Source: a bacterium
GTDB taxonomy: Bacteria > Zixibacteria > MSB-5A5 > CAIYYT01
Direction: 5' to 3'
Assembly (NCBI GenBank): GCA_016708315.1
Contig: JADJGC010000004.1
Span: forward strand, 74,159-138,158
Length of the DNA stretch: 64,000 nt
Within the stretch, counting starts at the first letter, position 1. Each line of letters begins with the position of its first letter. The position numbers and the translations under genes were made by a program. The notes beneath the pieces were generated by a model that saw only the letters and a program-made list of their open reading frames with translations, did no database searches and was not told where the DNA came from. Positions 11,491 through 20,889 of the stretch are shown here, piece by piece.

Positions 11491-12090
11491 TTGAAAGGAC
11501 TTGATTCGATGTCTCAGTACTTTATTGCTCTTCGCAGAGTGTCGCTACTTGTCGCCCTGGCAATTCTTACCAGTCTTTCGTCAATGACACTTGCACAGTC
11601 TGATCCGACCCGCACGTTAGTCGAGAACTATCTTACCGCCCAACGCAGTCTCAACTGGAAGTCGGCTGCTTCGTTAATCGCTCCGGCCGATCTCGCAGCG
11701 TTTAAGAAAGACTGTCAGGCGGTTCTCTCGGGGATACCAGGACAGATTGATACCACCATTCTTCGCCCTGCTTCCTTTGGAAAGAAGGCCGCCACAGAGA
11801 TCGCTTCCACCGATTCGGTAGCATACTATGCTGGGATTTATACGACGATATTTGAGCTCTACCCGGTGATGCGGGAGATGTTCACCAACGCCAATAACAC
11901 AATTTTGGGTTCAGTGAATGAGGGCGATACCCTGAAACACTTCACCTGTCGCGCCAAGACAACTGCCCAGAAAGAGAAAGTCAACAACATCGAAATCATC
12001 ACCCTTCAGAAAGTCGGCGGCAAATGGTATGTGATGGCCAAACGCTCGCTGGAGCAGATGGTCGGGCTCTTGCGGCGGTCTATCAGATAA
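11491..12090 (+). CDS. Small secreted or lipoprotein, NTF2-like (DUF4878-like); paralog of 42914..43498
   Basis: Signal peptide. A shared architecture and C-terminal ...GDxLKHF/ELRHHVF...KWYVMAK/KWMVVLGG... with the ORF at 42914. Confidence 0.45.
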   Translation: MKGLDSMSQYFIALRRVSLLVALAILTSLSSMTLAQSDPTRTLVENYLTAQRSLNWKSAASLIAPADLAAFKKDCQAVLSGIPGQIDTTILRPASFGKKAATEIASTDSVAYYAGIYTTIFELYPVMREMFTNANNTILGSVNEGDTLKHFTCRAKTTAQKEKVNNIEIITLQKVGGKWYVMAKRSLEQMVGLLRRSIR

Positions 12091-12196
12091 GATCCTTCGG
12101 GTCGAAATTCGTATTGCATCGTCGGACAAATTTCGTATTTTCCCGCGTTGTTGCGCATCACTTAATTGAGGTTCTTCTTTTTCCAAGGAGTAAGCG

Positions 12197-12778
12197 TTGA
12201 ACTTCGTACCTAAAAAGCTATTCCTGACGAAGGGCGTGGGCAGACACAAAGAGAAGCTCGCCTCTTTCGAGCTGGCACTTCGCGATGCCGGTATTGCCTA
12301 TCTGAATCTTGTCAACGTGTCGTCGATCTTTCCCCCGCACTGCAAACTGATCACGCGTCGTGTCGGCCTTAAGTATTTTCGCCCCGGGCAAATCGGCTTC
12401 TGTGTCATGAGCCGCGATGCGACTAACGAACCAAACCGCTTGGTTTCGTCCTCGATCGGCATTGCCATGCCGAAGGACAAGTCGAAATTCGGTTATCTTT
12501 CCGAGCACCATGGTTTCGGCCAAACGCAAAAGGTCGCCGGCGACTATGCTGAAGATCTTGCCGTACAGATGTTGGCGACGACGATGGGATTGGAAATCGA
12601 TCTCGACAAGTCGTGGGATCAAAACAAAGAACAGTGGAAACTCAAAGGCGAAGTCGTTTATTCGCGCAACATCACCCAGTCAGCTGAGGGTGAAAAGAAT
12701 GGCATGTGGACAACGGTGATTACCGCTGCCATGCTGATTCTCAACGATGATATCGCTGAAGACGAAGACGACGAATAG
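12197..12778 (+). CDS. pdaD: Pyruvoyl-dependent arginine decarboxylase
   Basis: TTG start preceded by AAGGAG. Family hallmarks: TKGVGRHKEKLASFELALRDAGI and the self-processing site NLVNVSS|IFPP. Confidence 0.75.
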   Translation: MNFVPKKLFLTKGVGRHKEKLASFELALRDAGIAYLNLVNVSSIFPPHCKLITRRVGLKYFRPGQIGFCVMSRDATNEPNRLVSSSIGIAMPKDKSKFGYLSEHHGFGQTQKVAGDYAEDLAVQMLATTMGLEIDLDKSWDQNKEQWKLKGEVVYSRNITQSAEGEKNGMWTTVITAAMLILNDDIAEDEDDE

Positions 12779-12832
12779 ATTTCAATTGAATGACCCCGAT
12801 GCCCCGGTGATTTCATAAATCCAGATCACCGG

Positions 12833-13081
12833 TTGCGTATAAACACCGTTTCCAACGACAACAATGAGCGATTGCGAATGATGAAGGAAATTACCTGGAG
12901 ACACTGGCTCGTTATAGCCCTTCTATATCTGGCGCTTCCGTATATCATCGAGACAATCAAGTCTGGCTCTTCAGCCAACGACAACACCAATGCGTCTCAA
13001 CACCCGGCTTGGGTCAAGAGCTACTTCCAGTCGCGCACTGGCGGGCAATTTACTGTGGAGCGCGGAGGCTGGATTGAGTGA
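12833..13081 (+). CDS. Small single-TM membrane protein
   Basis: 82 aa ORF with one hydrophobic helix. Its stop overlaps the GTG start of the next gene (GTGA). Confidence 0.3.
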   Translation: MRINTVSNDNNERLRMMKEITWRHWLVIALLYLALPYIIETIKSGSSANDNTNASQHPAWVKSYFQSRTGGQFTVERGGWIE

Positions 13082-13878
13082 AACTGCTCATTCTGACTCA
13101 TTGTTACCCACCGGACGGCGGACAATTCATCAAAGTTAGAGCTGACGGACTTGGTGCGACCGTGCTCAACATGGCGCGGCCATTGGGGCTGAGCAGTTTC
13201 TGGAAATTCCTCAGAAAATCAATAGCACAATCGCGCAACCACGAATTGATGGAAGCCCATTGGCTCTATCCGGCTGGACTTGCAGCGCTGATTGCCTACA
13301 AGATCACAGGAACCCCCTATCGCGTTTACTGCCACGGCACTGATGTTATTATGGCGGAACGTTCGTGGTTCTGGCGCATGGTGGCAAAAAGCATTGCCAA
13401 GAATTGCAAGGATAAGATCTGTTTCGTTTCAGCGTTTCTGGCTCGCCGTGCGGTTGTGTTTCTTCCGGCCAGCGCAAATGTCGTTATCGACCCAATGCCG
13501 GTGGACAACACCATTTTTCATAACCGTGGCGAAGAACGGACTTATGATGTTGGCTATATTGTGAAGAAGAATACCGGTCGCTATCGCGAAGCTCTCCGCG
13601 TTGTCGAGGACAATCCGCGCTCGATTCAGATCAATTTCTTCGAGCAGAAAACCCAGGAGCAGTTGGCAACGATCTTCAATCATTGTAAAGTAGTGATTCT
13701 TGCTTCCGAGAAAGAGGGCTATGGCCTGATTCTTGCCGAAGCCGCCGAATGCGGTGCAAAGATCATCGGCGTTGACGATGGCGGGATACCGGAAGTTGTC
13801 GCTAAGTATAATGGTCAGATATTCGATGGAACTGCAGCAGACTTGAAAACCAAACTAACGGCGCTACTTGCCGCGTAA
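13078..13878 (+). CDS. Compact GT-B (GT4-like) glycosyltransferase
   Basis: C-terminal motif EKEGYGLILAEAAECGAKIIGVDDGGIPEV, which is the E-x7-E sugar-donor binding motif. The N-terminal half is unusually short. Confidence 0.5.
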   Translation: MKLLILTHCYPPDGGQFIKVRADGLGATVLNMARPLGLSSFWKFLRKSIAQSRNHELMEAHWLYPAGLAALIAYKITGTPYRVYCHGTDVIMAERSWFWRMVAKSIAKNCKDKICFVSAFLARRAVVFLPASANVVIDPMPVDNTIFHNRGEERTYDVGYIVKKNTGRYREALRVVEDNPRSIQINFFEQKTQEQLATIFNHCKVVILASEKEGYGLILAEAAECGAKIIGVDDGGIPEVVAKYNGQIFDGTAADLKTKLTALLAA

Positions 13879-13928
13879 TGCAAGTGTGCAGCATTAATGA
13901 TTCTTTGGACTATGTAATTGTTGAATAG

Positions 13929-14915
13929 GTGATACTAATGAGCAACGGTGAAATAACGAAATTCCTGAAACATCATTATCGGCACTTTAACTCCGCCGCC
14001 TTGATTGATGCTTCAGTGGCGTACAAACAGCATATCGCGAGCGGCGGCAAGATGCTCCTCTCGCTTGCCGGAGCGATGAGCACCGCCGAGCTCGGCATCT
14101 CACTGGCAGAGATGATCCGCCGCGATCAGGTGCATATCATAAGTTGTACCGGCGCGAACCTTGAAGAGGATTTGTTCAACTTAGTCGCTCACGACTACTA
14201 CGAACGCGTCCCGCACTATCGTGATCTCACCCCGCAGGACGAAGCTGCTTTGCTCAATCGCCACATGAATCGTGTAACCGATACTTGCATCCCCGAAATG
14301 GAAGCTATGCGCCGTCTCGAAAAAGCTCTCGTCGATGAATGGACACGCGCCGACAAAGCCGGTGAGCGCTACTTCCCGCATGAGTTTATGTATCGCATCA
14401 TCAAATCGGGTGTTCTAAAGCAGTATTACCAGATTGACCCGAAAGACTCCTGGATGATTGCTGCTGCCGAGAAGAATCTCCCCATGGTCGTCCCGGGCTG
14501 GGAAGATTCGACTATGGGCAATATGTACGCCGGGCACGTTATCACCGGCGACGTCAAGAATGTCCACACAGTCAAAACCGGCATTGAGTACATGACGTTT
14601 CTTGCAGAGTGGTATACGCAGACATCAAAGAAGTCCTCGATCGGCTTCTACCAGATCGGCGGCGGTATTGCGGGCGATTTCCCGATCTGTGTCGTCCCGA
14701 TGCTGCATCAGGACCTGCAGCGCGATGATGTTCCGGTTTGGGGCTATTTCTGCCAGATATCTGATTCGACGACCAGCTATGGCTCATACTCCGGTGCGGT
14801 ACCTAACGAGAAGATCACCTGGGGCAAGCTCGCCGTGGATACGCCGAAGTACATCATCGAGTCCGACGCTTCCATCGTCGCACCGCTGATGTTCGCCATT
14901 ATCCTCGACTGGTAG
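13929..14915 (+). CDS. Deoxyhypusine synthase-like protein (candidate homospermidine synthase)
   Basis: 328 aa. DHS-family NAD-binding region LSLAGAMSTAELG and the C-terminal catalytic-lysine motif EKITWGK (equivalent to SWGK). Confidence 0.8.
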   Translation: MILMSNGEITKFLKHHYRHFNSAALIDASVAYKQHIASGGKMLLSLAGAMSTAELGISLAEMIRRDQVHIISCTGANLEEDLFNLVAHDYYERVPHYRDLTPQDEAALLNRHMNRVTDTCIPEMEAMRRLEKALVDEWTRADKAGERYFPHEFMYRIIKSGVLKQYYQIDPKDSWMIAAAEKNLPMVVPGWEDSTMGNMYAGHVITGDVKNVHTVKTGIEYMTFLAEWYTQTSKKSSIGFYQIGGGIAGDFPICVVPMLHQDLQRDDVPVWGYFCQISDSTTSYGSYSGAVPNEKITWGKLAVDTPKYIIESDASIVAPLMFAIILDW

Positions 14916-15018
14916 TCTCGATAAGCGGTTACTTCTGACAAGTTGGTGCCTTACGGCTTATGATTGGTGACTCACTGTCATCAATCCGGCTGGTCCAGTC
15001 ACCCGGTGCCATCTTGAA

Positions 15019-15060
15019 TTCCCCTCCTGTCGAAGATCCCGCTTGTCGGAAGAGGGGTGC
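15019..15060. repeat. CCCCTC..GAGGGG hairpin repeat element, long-loop variant (copy 2, upstream of recX)
   Basis: ttcccctcc at 15019-15027 and gagggg at 15052-15057. The loop contains gatcccg, as in copy 1. Confidence 0.5.
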
Positions 15061-15186
15061 CTCGATCTGGTCCGAGGAACGAATGCGAATCAAGGCAGGT
15101 GAGCGTCCGTAACGAGCAGGTCGGAACGGGAATGGCCCCAAAACCCCGCACTTGCAATCTCCGCTATTCTCCCTTACATTTCTTAT

Positions 15187-15825
15187 ATGCCGCGCATCAC
15201 AAAACTCGAACCGCAGGTTAAGCACCCCAGCCGCTGGTCAATCTTCGTCGACGAGCGATTCTTTGCCGGCTGTTCAGAAGAGATGATGGCTTCGTTGAAC
15301 TTGCACGTCGGCGACGACCTTAGCACGCAGCGTCTCGACGAAATCCGCGAAGCTCTTGGCATGACCAAGGTTCGCGACTCGGCTCTGCGCTATCTCGCCC
15401 GCCGCAGTCGCTCTGAGTCGGAGATGCGTAAATATCTCGAACGAAAGGGATATGATTCCAGCCAAATTGACACGACGATTGCCTGGCTACAGGAGAAGAA
15501 GTATCTCGACGACACGCAGTTTGCTGAAGCTTGGGTACGCAACCGCCAACAGCTTGCCCCGCGCGGCAAACGGCGGTTGATGATGGAACTCTTTCAAAAG
15601 GGAATTGACCGCGATACTGCCACCCAGACTGTTCAGCGAGGCATTTCACCCGAAGAAGAAGCTGAAGCTGCCTACAAAGCCCTGCAATCGCGCAAGAATC
15701 GCTATCGGGGCATGGAAACACTTGAAATTAAGCAGAAAATCTATAACTTTCTTAGCTACCGTGGGTTTTCCTCCGATGCAGTGGAATCTGCTTACGAGCG
15801 ATTCATAAAAGATCTGGCATCGTAG
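15187..15825 (+). CDS. recX: Recombination regulator RecX
   Basis: 212 aa. RecX three-helix repeats (ALRYLARRSRSESEMRKYLERKGY...). Confidence 0.85.
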   Translation: MPRITKLEPQVKHPSRWSIFVDERFFAGCSEEMMASLNLHVGDDLSTQRLDEIREALGMTKVRDSALRYLARRSRSESEMRKYLERKGYDSSQIDTTIAWLQEKKYLDDTQFAEAWVRNRQQLAPRGKRRLMMELFQKGIDRDTATQTVQRGISPEEEAEAAYKALQSRKNRYRGMETLEIKQKIYNFLSYRGFSSDAVESAYERFIKDLAS

Positions 15826-15947
15826 GGGCGCGGCCCAAGGTCCCGCGTTTGTCGCGAGTTCCCGCGCCCGCTGAAATGGCGCAAATCTGGACGCCTATTG
15901 AATAGAACTCTCGCAGAGAAATAGCAGAGAGCAACACAGGAGACAAC

Positions 15948-18154
15948 TTGAAAGCATCCGAAATACGAGAAGCATTCTTAGCATACTTCGAATCCAAGGA
16001 CCACAAACGCCTGCCCAGCTCGTCGCTGATTCCTCAGGATGACCCGACCTTGCTGTTTACCAATGCGGGGATGAATCAGTTCAAGGATGTCTTCCTCGGC
16101 CAGCGCAAGGTCGACTACAAACGCGCCACGACGTCGCAAAAGTGCATTCGCGCCGGCGGCAAGCACAACGACCTCGAGAATGTCGGCGAAACTGCGCGGC
16201 ATCATACGTTTTTCGAAATGCTCGGCAATTTCTCCTTCGGTGATTACTTCAAGGAAGACGCTATCAAGTTCGCGTGGGAGTTTGTCCGCAAAGACCTTGG
16301 ACTTGCGGCGGACCGTCTTTATGCGTCGGTGTACAACGACGATGATGAAGCCTTCGCTTTCTGGGAGAAGATCGCGCCGGAACTTAAGAACGGCCATATT
16401 TTGCGCTTCGGTGAGAAGGACAATTTCTGGTCGATGGGCGAAACCGGTCCGTGTGGGCCGTGTTCGGAGATTCATTATGATCGCGGCGAGCAGTATGGCA
16501 AAGACGCAACCGTCAACGATGACGGCGACCGCTTTATGGAAATCTGGAATCTCGTCTTCATGCAATACGACCGTGACGCCACCGGCAAAATGACGCCACT
16601 GCCAAAACCATCGGTCGATACCGGCGCCGGGTTGGAGCGCATCGCGATGGTGATGCAGAAGGTCAATTCGAACTACGACACCGACCTGTTCACACCAATG
16701 TTGAGTGCCATCGTTGACCTTACCGGCAAAGAGTATCATCAAGACAAGCGCGGTCTCTCGCACCGCGTAGTCGCTGACCATATCCGCGCATTGACTTTCG
16801 CCATCGCTGACGGCGGAATTCCATCCAACGACGGTCGCGGGTATGTATTGCGCAGAATTCTTCGTCGTGCCGCTCGACACGGCAGACTGCTCGGCAAACA
16901 CGATCCGTTTATTTACAAGCTCACGTCGGTCCTTGTCGATTCGATGGGCCATCAGTTCCCGGAGATCAAGTCACAGGCCGAGCACGTTGCGCTGGTGATC
17001 AAGTCCGAAGAAGAGAGCTTTGGTGAAACCCTCGATCGTGGTATTGAGATTTTTGACAAGATCGTCGAGCGCCTCAAGAAGCAGAATAAGAACACCATTC
17101 CCGGCGACGAAGTATTTTGGAGATACAATCATTCACCTGATTTCATCTTCTGATCCTCTTCCAATTGGTCGAAGTCACCGCCCGCGTCGACGGCGTCCGT
17201 CAAAAACACACCCAGCGCAATCATACAGCTACGCACTTGCTTCACAAAGCACTGCGCACTGTACTTGGCGACCACGTCCAACAGAAGGGCTCACTCGTCG
17301 ACCCGCACAAACTGCGTTTCGATTTCTCGCATTTCAAAGCTTTGAGCGAGGATGAGATCAAAGAAATCGAACGCCTCGTCAATGAGCAAATTCTGCTTAA
17401 TCGCAAAGTCACTTGGAAAAATTATCCAATCGAAGAAGCCAAGAAACTCGGCGCAATGGCACTCTTCGGCGAGAAGTACGGCGATATCGTGCGCATGGTC
17501 GAAGTCGACGGCTACTCCCGCGAACTCTGCGGCGGCACCCATGTGCAAGCCACCGGCGAGATTGGATTGTTCATCATCACCGCTGAAACAGCGATCGCTG
17601 CAGGAATTCGCCGTATCGAAGCCTTCACCGGCGACGGCGCTTTCAAATATCTTCGCGGCGTGAAAGAACGTCTCGATGCGACGGCACAAATTCTCAAACA
17701 GCCTGAGGACAAGATCGTCACCCGTGTAGAGGAACTGCTCGAAGAGTCGAAACGCCTCAAGAAGGAACTCGAAAAGACTCAGGCAGAATCGGCTTCCGGT
17801 GAAATTGAAGGTCTGTTCAAATCGAAGGCCGTCGATATCAAAGGCGTGAAAGTGCTCATGCACACGTTCGACACCAAGGACCAGCTCAATACGTTTGCTG
17901 ACTACACAAAATCGCTGAATTATCCAGCGTCAGGAGTCTTCTACAATCCGGCCGGGCAATATGCGATAACGGCGTCAGATGCAGCAATCAAATTGGGATT
18001 GCAGCCGCGCGAGATCATCAAGGACGTCAACACGAGTCTTGGCGGACGCGGGGGCGGACGCGAATACTTCGTCCAGGGCGCAACTACACAGACCATAGAC
18101 GAAGCCAAAATCAAGGCAACAATCTTGCCTTTGATCGAAAAGTCAATTAAGTAG
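15948..18154 (+). pseudogene. alaS: Alanine--tRNA ligase, interrupted: the catalytic part (15948..17153) and the editing plus C-Ala part (17165..18154) lie in different frames, and about 80-90 codons are missing between them
   Basis: The N-terminal ORF has the AlaRS class II core through ...NTIPGDEVF and then runs out of frame to a stop. The second ORF resumes about 20 aa before HTATHLLH and has a normal C-terminus. The total is 730 aa against about 870 aa for bacterial AlaRS. Confidence 0.7.
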
Positions 18155-18202
18155 ACGCGGATTAAGTGGCGCGCTAGAGAACCAAGGATCAGGTCCTCAA
18201 CT

Positions 18203-18240
18203 TTCCCCTCTCCCTCCGGGAGAGGGGAAGGGGTGAGGGC
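18203..18240. repeat. CCCCTC..GAGGGG hairpin repeat element plus GGGGTGAGGGC (copy 3)
   Basis: tcccctc at 18204-18210, gggagagggg at 18218-18227, ggggtgagggc at 18230-18240. It overlaps the annotated start of the next gene. Confidence 0.6.
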
Positions 18241-19039
18241 CTTAAATGAGGACCATTTGACCAAAATTCTCGACCATCTACTCAACGTCGCCCATACCAG
18301 AGGCGCCGGATTTTTGACCCTCATCGATCCGAATGAGCATCCGAAATCGCGGCTGATCGACAACGCCCAGCATGCCGAGGCCGGCGGCGCTGATGCACTT
18401 CTGATTGGCGGGTCGTTGGTGTTGACTTCGCGCATGGAAGAGGTCCTCCGCGAGATCAAACAGCGCGTCACGATTCCGTTGATCATTTTTCCCGGCGGAG
18501 CCAGCCAGGTTTGTCGCTATGCTGACGCCATCTTGTTTACGTCATTGCTATCGGGACGCAATCCTGAGTTTCTTGTCGGCGAGCAAGTCAAGGGCGCGCC
18601 CTTAGTCAAGGAATTTGGTCTGGAGGCGATTCCAGCGGCTTATCTGCTGATCGAATCTGGCACGCGCACATCGGTCGAATATCTTTCTCACACACATCCA
18701 ATTCCGCGCAATAAACCCGACATCGCCAAAGTCCATGCGCTCGCGGCAAAGTATATGGGTATGAAATTGGTTTATCTCGAGGCGGGCTCTGGCGCCATTC
18801 ACTCTGTGCCGGAGGATATGATCACTGCTACTCGCGACTACGCCTCGCTGCCGATAATCTGCGGCGGCGGAATCAAGCACCCTGAGGACGCTGGACGCAA
18901 AGTCGCTGCCGGCGCCAGTTTTGTCGTCATTGGAAATCGTTTCGAGGAAAGCAATCCGCTATCGCTTTTCGTGGAATTCGCGGAGGCAATTCATCAGAAA
19001 TCAACCGCATTTGTAGACAGGTCACATGACAAGACGTAA
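18233..19039 (+). CDS. PcrB/GGGPS-family prenyl-glycerol-1-phosphate synthase (TIM barrel)
   Basis: Matches PcrB/GGGPS blocks: LIDPNE, GADALLIGGS, YLEAGSG, ICGGGIKHPED, FVVIGNRFEE. The start is uncertain; the GTG at 18233 lies inside the repeat, and a TTG at 18257 is an alternative. Confidence 0.75.
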   Translation: MRALNEDHLTKILDHLLNVAHTRGAGFLTLIDPNEHPKSRLIDNAQHAEAGGADALLIGGSLVLTSRMEEVLREIKQRVTIPLIIFPGGASQVCRYADAILFTSLLSGRNPEFLVGEQVKGAPLVKEFGLEAIPAAYLLIESGTRTSVEYLSHTHPIPRNKPDIAKVHALAAKYMGMKLVYLEAGSGAIHSVPEDMITATRDYASLPIICGGGIKHPEDAGRKVAAGASFVVIGNRFEESNPLSLFVEFAEAIHQKSTAFVDRSHDKT

Positions 19040-19607
19040 TCAGATTATTGCCGATGCAGTCAGCGATTCGTTGGCACTTCGTTATGTAGCGAGTGAAGAA
19101 CGCTCCAAGTGGCTGCTCGCGGCTTCGGAAAAACTTGCCGAGGCTCTCAATCAAGGCAAGAAAGTTCTGATTGCCGGTAATGGCGGATCAGCCGCCGACT
19201 GCCAGCACTTTGCCGCCGAATTCGTGGTGCGATTGACATCAGACAACAATCGCCGTGCCTTGCCAGCTATCGCGCTGACGACTGATACTTCGATACTGAC
19301 AGCAGCATCGAATGATTACGGTTTCGATTATATCTTCAGTCGCCAGGTCGAAGCGCTTGGAGTAAGCGGAGACGTGTTTATCGGGCTGTCGACATCCGGC
19401 AAATCGAAGAATATCCTTGAGGCATTTCGTGTCGCCAAATCACGCGGGCTAACCACATTTGGACTCTTTGGCCAAGCGGGATTGGCAGAACCGGAACTAT
19501 GCGACTTGCCTCTTAACGTGCCAGCGACAACCACGATGCGCATTCAGGAAGAGCACATTTTTGCGCTTCACTTATTGGCGCTTCTCACCGAGTCGTTGGT
19601 ACAATAA
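19026..19607 (+). CDS. gmhA: SIS-domain sedoheptulose-7-phosphate isomerase-like protein
   Basis: 193 aa. SIS motif KVLIAGNGGSAADCQHFAAEF and a conserved STSG. The start overlaps the previous gene by 14 nt. Confidence 0.7.
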   Translation: MTRRNQIIADAVSDSLALRYVASEERSKWLLAASEKLAEALNQGKKVLIAGNGGSAADCQHFAAEFVVRLTSDNNRRALPAIALTTDTSILTAASNDYGFDYIFSRQVEALGVSGDVFIGLSTSGKSKNILEAFRVAKSRGLTTFGLFGQAGLAEPELCDLPLNVPATTTMRIQEEHIFALHLLALLTESLVQ

Positions 19608-19608
19608 C

Positions 19609-20769
19609 CTAACAGCTACTGCATGGCGCTGGACCGCCGCCGAAGATGTGATTTATCACGTAAACGGCATCGGAGATGCTGATACCGCCGCTGCAATTGG
19701 CATCGCCGGCTGACAGCGGATGTGGTGCCGGTCCTCCTCCGAAGATGTAACTGATCACGAAGACGGCATCAGAGATTGAGATGCCACCGGAACCGTTGGC
19801 ATCGCCGCAAACCGCGGTGCAGCCAACTCCCTTCGCACCTAATAGAATCCCGCACGCGTTGTTTTCAGGAGCGTTTGGCGAAGTGCTGTAAACTCCCCAA
19901 TTACCTGATGCGACGTCGCAATATTGCGGGTCTTCGGAGATATTATTTTGAAATCCAGTTAGATCCGTCGAGTCCTCCGTCCAGTAGTTGCTTCCGTTGT
20001 CCCAGACGTTGTTGCACGACACCAGCAGTTTTCTTTGATCGAATATCGTTAGATAAGTGAACTCAATTCCAGTTTTGCAGCCTGAAATGGAGTTCGCGCG
20101 GATGATCGGTATTGATTTGTGCATTCGATAGCGTATACCGGTGTTGAATTGCGCCCCAACAGCGCTGATAAATGTGTTGTTCTCGATAGTGCCATTGACC
20201 CCGCCATTGGCAAAAGCCTGTTCGTCGAGGTTGATTCCCCACAGTATAGTCTCGAATATGTTGTTGCGGATGTCCGGAGTGATGGGACCCTCTTCAAACG
20301 GGATGTATCCATCGATTCCGTAGTAGCATTCCGTTATGTAATTTGATTTCACTGAGACCGAGGAATTTCCGTCGTACAATATCGCTGTTTCTCCGTCACG
20401 AATCGTAAACCCTTCAATTAGGGCCGTCGCTGCCGTTACAATTGCCGTTGCACCGTTACCGTCGATGACGGTAGTTTCGAATCCTGAACCGACGATCGCG
20501 ATTTGGTCTTCCATCACGATGCTGCCGGTATAAGTACCAGGCAGCGCAAACACGGTATCGCCGGTTGAAGCTTCGGCAATTCCTTTGGGAATCGTCCGGT
20601 ATGGCGACGCAATTGTCCCGTTACCACTGGTGTCGTTTCCTCCCGGCGAGACATACACTTTCGTCGCATAGGCGGTGCTCATTGCCGTGGTGAAGACAAA
20701 AGTGAAAACTGCGAAGTATCTCCCGATCATCCGTGGACGCATAGTTCCTCCATGTTGGCGTGATAGCAA
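19609..20769 (-). CDS. Secreted right-handed beta-helix protein with a C-terminal tandem dockerin-like module ending CSSC
   Basis: Signal peptide. Parallel beta-helix repeats (NNxFxxN..G type). C-terminus GDANGSGGISISDAVFVISYIFGGGPAP...GDANCSGGISISDAVYVINHIFGGGPAPCSSC. Confidence 0.65.
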   Translation of the reverse strand: MLSRQHGGTMRPRMIGRYFAVFTFVFTTAMSTAYATKVYVSPGGNDTSGNGTIASPYRTIPKGIAEASTGDTVFALPGTYTGSIVMEDQIAIVGSGFETTVIDGNGATAIVTAATALIEGFTIRDGETAILYDGNSSVSVKSNYITECYYGIDGYIPFEEGPITPDIRNNIFETILWGINLDEQAFANGGVNGTIENNTFISAVGAQFNTGIRYRMHKSIPIIRANSISGCKTGIEFTYLTIFDQRKLLVSCNNVWDNGSNYWTEDSTDLTGFQNNISEDPQYCDVASGNWGVYSTSPNAPENNACGILLGAKGVGCTAVCGDANGSGGISISDAVFVISYIFGGGPAPHPLSAGDANCSGGISISDAVYVINHIFGGGPAPCSSC

Positions 20770-20889
20770 TCACTCTAATTAAACACCAATTGAGATTGAA
20801 AAATCGAAATTGGGTGGCAGATTCTGTAACACCGTCTTGGACTTTGCGAATATGATTGCAATTTCCTTAGTATTCTACATTTTGAAAAT

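Noticed and set aside
12100-12196. Direct repeat cgaaattcgtatt / caaatttcgtatttt upstream of pdaD as a regulatory element
   Set aside because: There are only two short imperfect copies and no palindromic operator-like structure. That is insufficient to call.
15948-18154. alaS as a deliberately split, Nanoarchaeum-style two-gene AlaRS
   Set aside because: The junction also lacks a conserved ~85-aa segment. The second piece has no Shine-Dalgarno. Three other genes in the window carry simple frameshifts. Assembly or decay is therefore more parsimonious, though not excluded; it is reported as a finding.
17941-18486. 181-aa ORF antisense to the alaS 3' end and the pcrB 5' region
   Set aside because: It overlaps two well-supported genes and the hairpin repeat. 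It has no start context and no domain.
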